DNA of 5,696 nt from Longivirga aurantiaca (lineage in GTDB: Bacteria; Actinomycetota; Actinomycetes; S36-B12; CAIYMF01). The notes under the pieces were generated by a model that was given only the letters and a program-made list of their open reading frames with translations, did no database searches and had not been told where the DNA came from. Below are positions 5,481 to 5,696 of the stretch, piece by piece. Location of the stretch: positions 1 through 5,696 of the forward strand of contig NZ_JBHSTI010000028.1 in assembly GCF_042660085.1 (NCBI RefSeq), read 5' to 3'. Positions within the stretch are counted from its first letter, which is position 1, and the number at the start of each line of letters is the position of its first letter. The position numbers were made by a program, and so were the translations under genes.

Positions 5481-5696
5481 GTGAGCACGCAGCCCGGCTG
5501 GCCGGAGCATCTTCCGGTCTCGGCGGTGCGCATCGCCCGCCCCACCGACCGGCTCGCGGAGTGCGTGGCGTTCTACGTCGAGGGCCTCGGGCTCGCGCAT
5601 CTCGGCGGCTTCGACGGGCACGCGGGCTACGAGGGCGTCTTCCTGGGCCTGCCCGGTGAGCAGGTGCACCTCGAGCTCACCAGCCACGTCGACGGC
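5481..5696 (+). CDS. VOC (glyoxalase/bleomycin resistance/dioxygenase) superfamily protein, N-terminal part, truncated by the window end
   Basis: Reading frame from GTG 5481 gives (M)STQPGWPEHLPVSAVRIARPTDRLAECVAFYVEGLGLAHLGGFDGHAGYEGVFLGLPGEQVHLELTSHVDG. The pattern R.ar.td.l...v.FYv.gLGL..lg.f and vhLElt is VOC-like. Shine-Dalgarno AGGAG is at 5471-5475. Confidence 0.85.
   Translation, partial: MSTQPGWPEHLPVSAVRIARPTDRLAECVAFYVEGLGLAHLGGFDGHAGYEGVFLGLPGEQVHLELTSHVDG

Noticed and set aside
4727-5687. Large overlapping ORFs on both strands (4727..5659 + and 4866..5687 -)
   Set aside because: Alternate-frame or antisense products of the DUF4446-like and VOC genes, with no recognisable motifs.
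1-5696. Searched by eye for CRISPR repeats, tRNA/rRNA, transposase or phage genes, toxin-antitoxin pairs and retron-like features
   Set aside because: No regularly spaced repeats, cloverleaf-like segment or mobile-element motif was seen. The window reads as ordinary core chromosome apart from the points listed.

Overview
High-GC (actinobacterial-looking) chromosomal window with a mostly ordinary gene layout. From left to right: the 3' end of a FAD-linked oxidase gene (+), a GDPD-type glycerophosphodiester phosphodiesterase (+), a SEC-C-motif DUF5926-like protein (+), a convergent intergenic region with two strong inverted repeats and a LacI-family-like operator, a UPF0016/GDT1 (TMEM165-like) transporter (-), an actinobacterial membrane protein with an ion-channel-like pore segment that overlaps the transporter by ATGA (-), a DUF4446-like protein (+), and the 5' end of a VOC/glyoxalase-family gene (+). 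I see no CRISPR array, transposon, phage gene, rRNA or tRNA. The points most worth a second look are the coupled channel-like + UPF0016 gene pair and the structured ~300 bp convergent intergenic region at 2805-3106. All family calls come from reading motifs, not from database searches.
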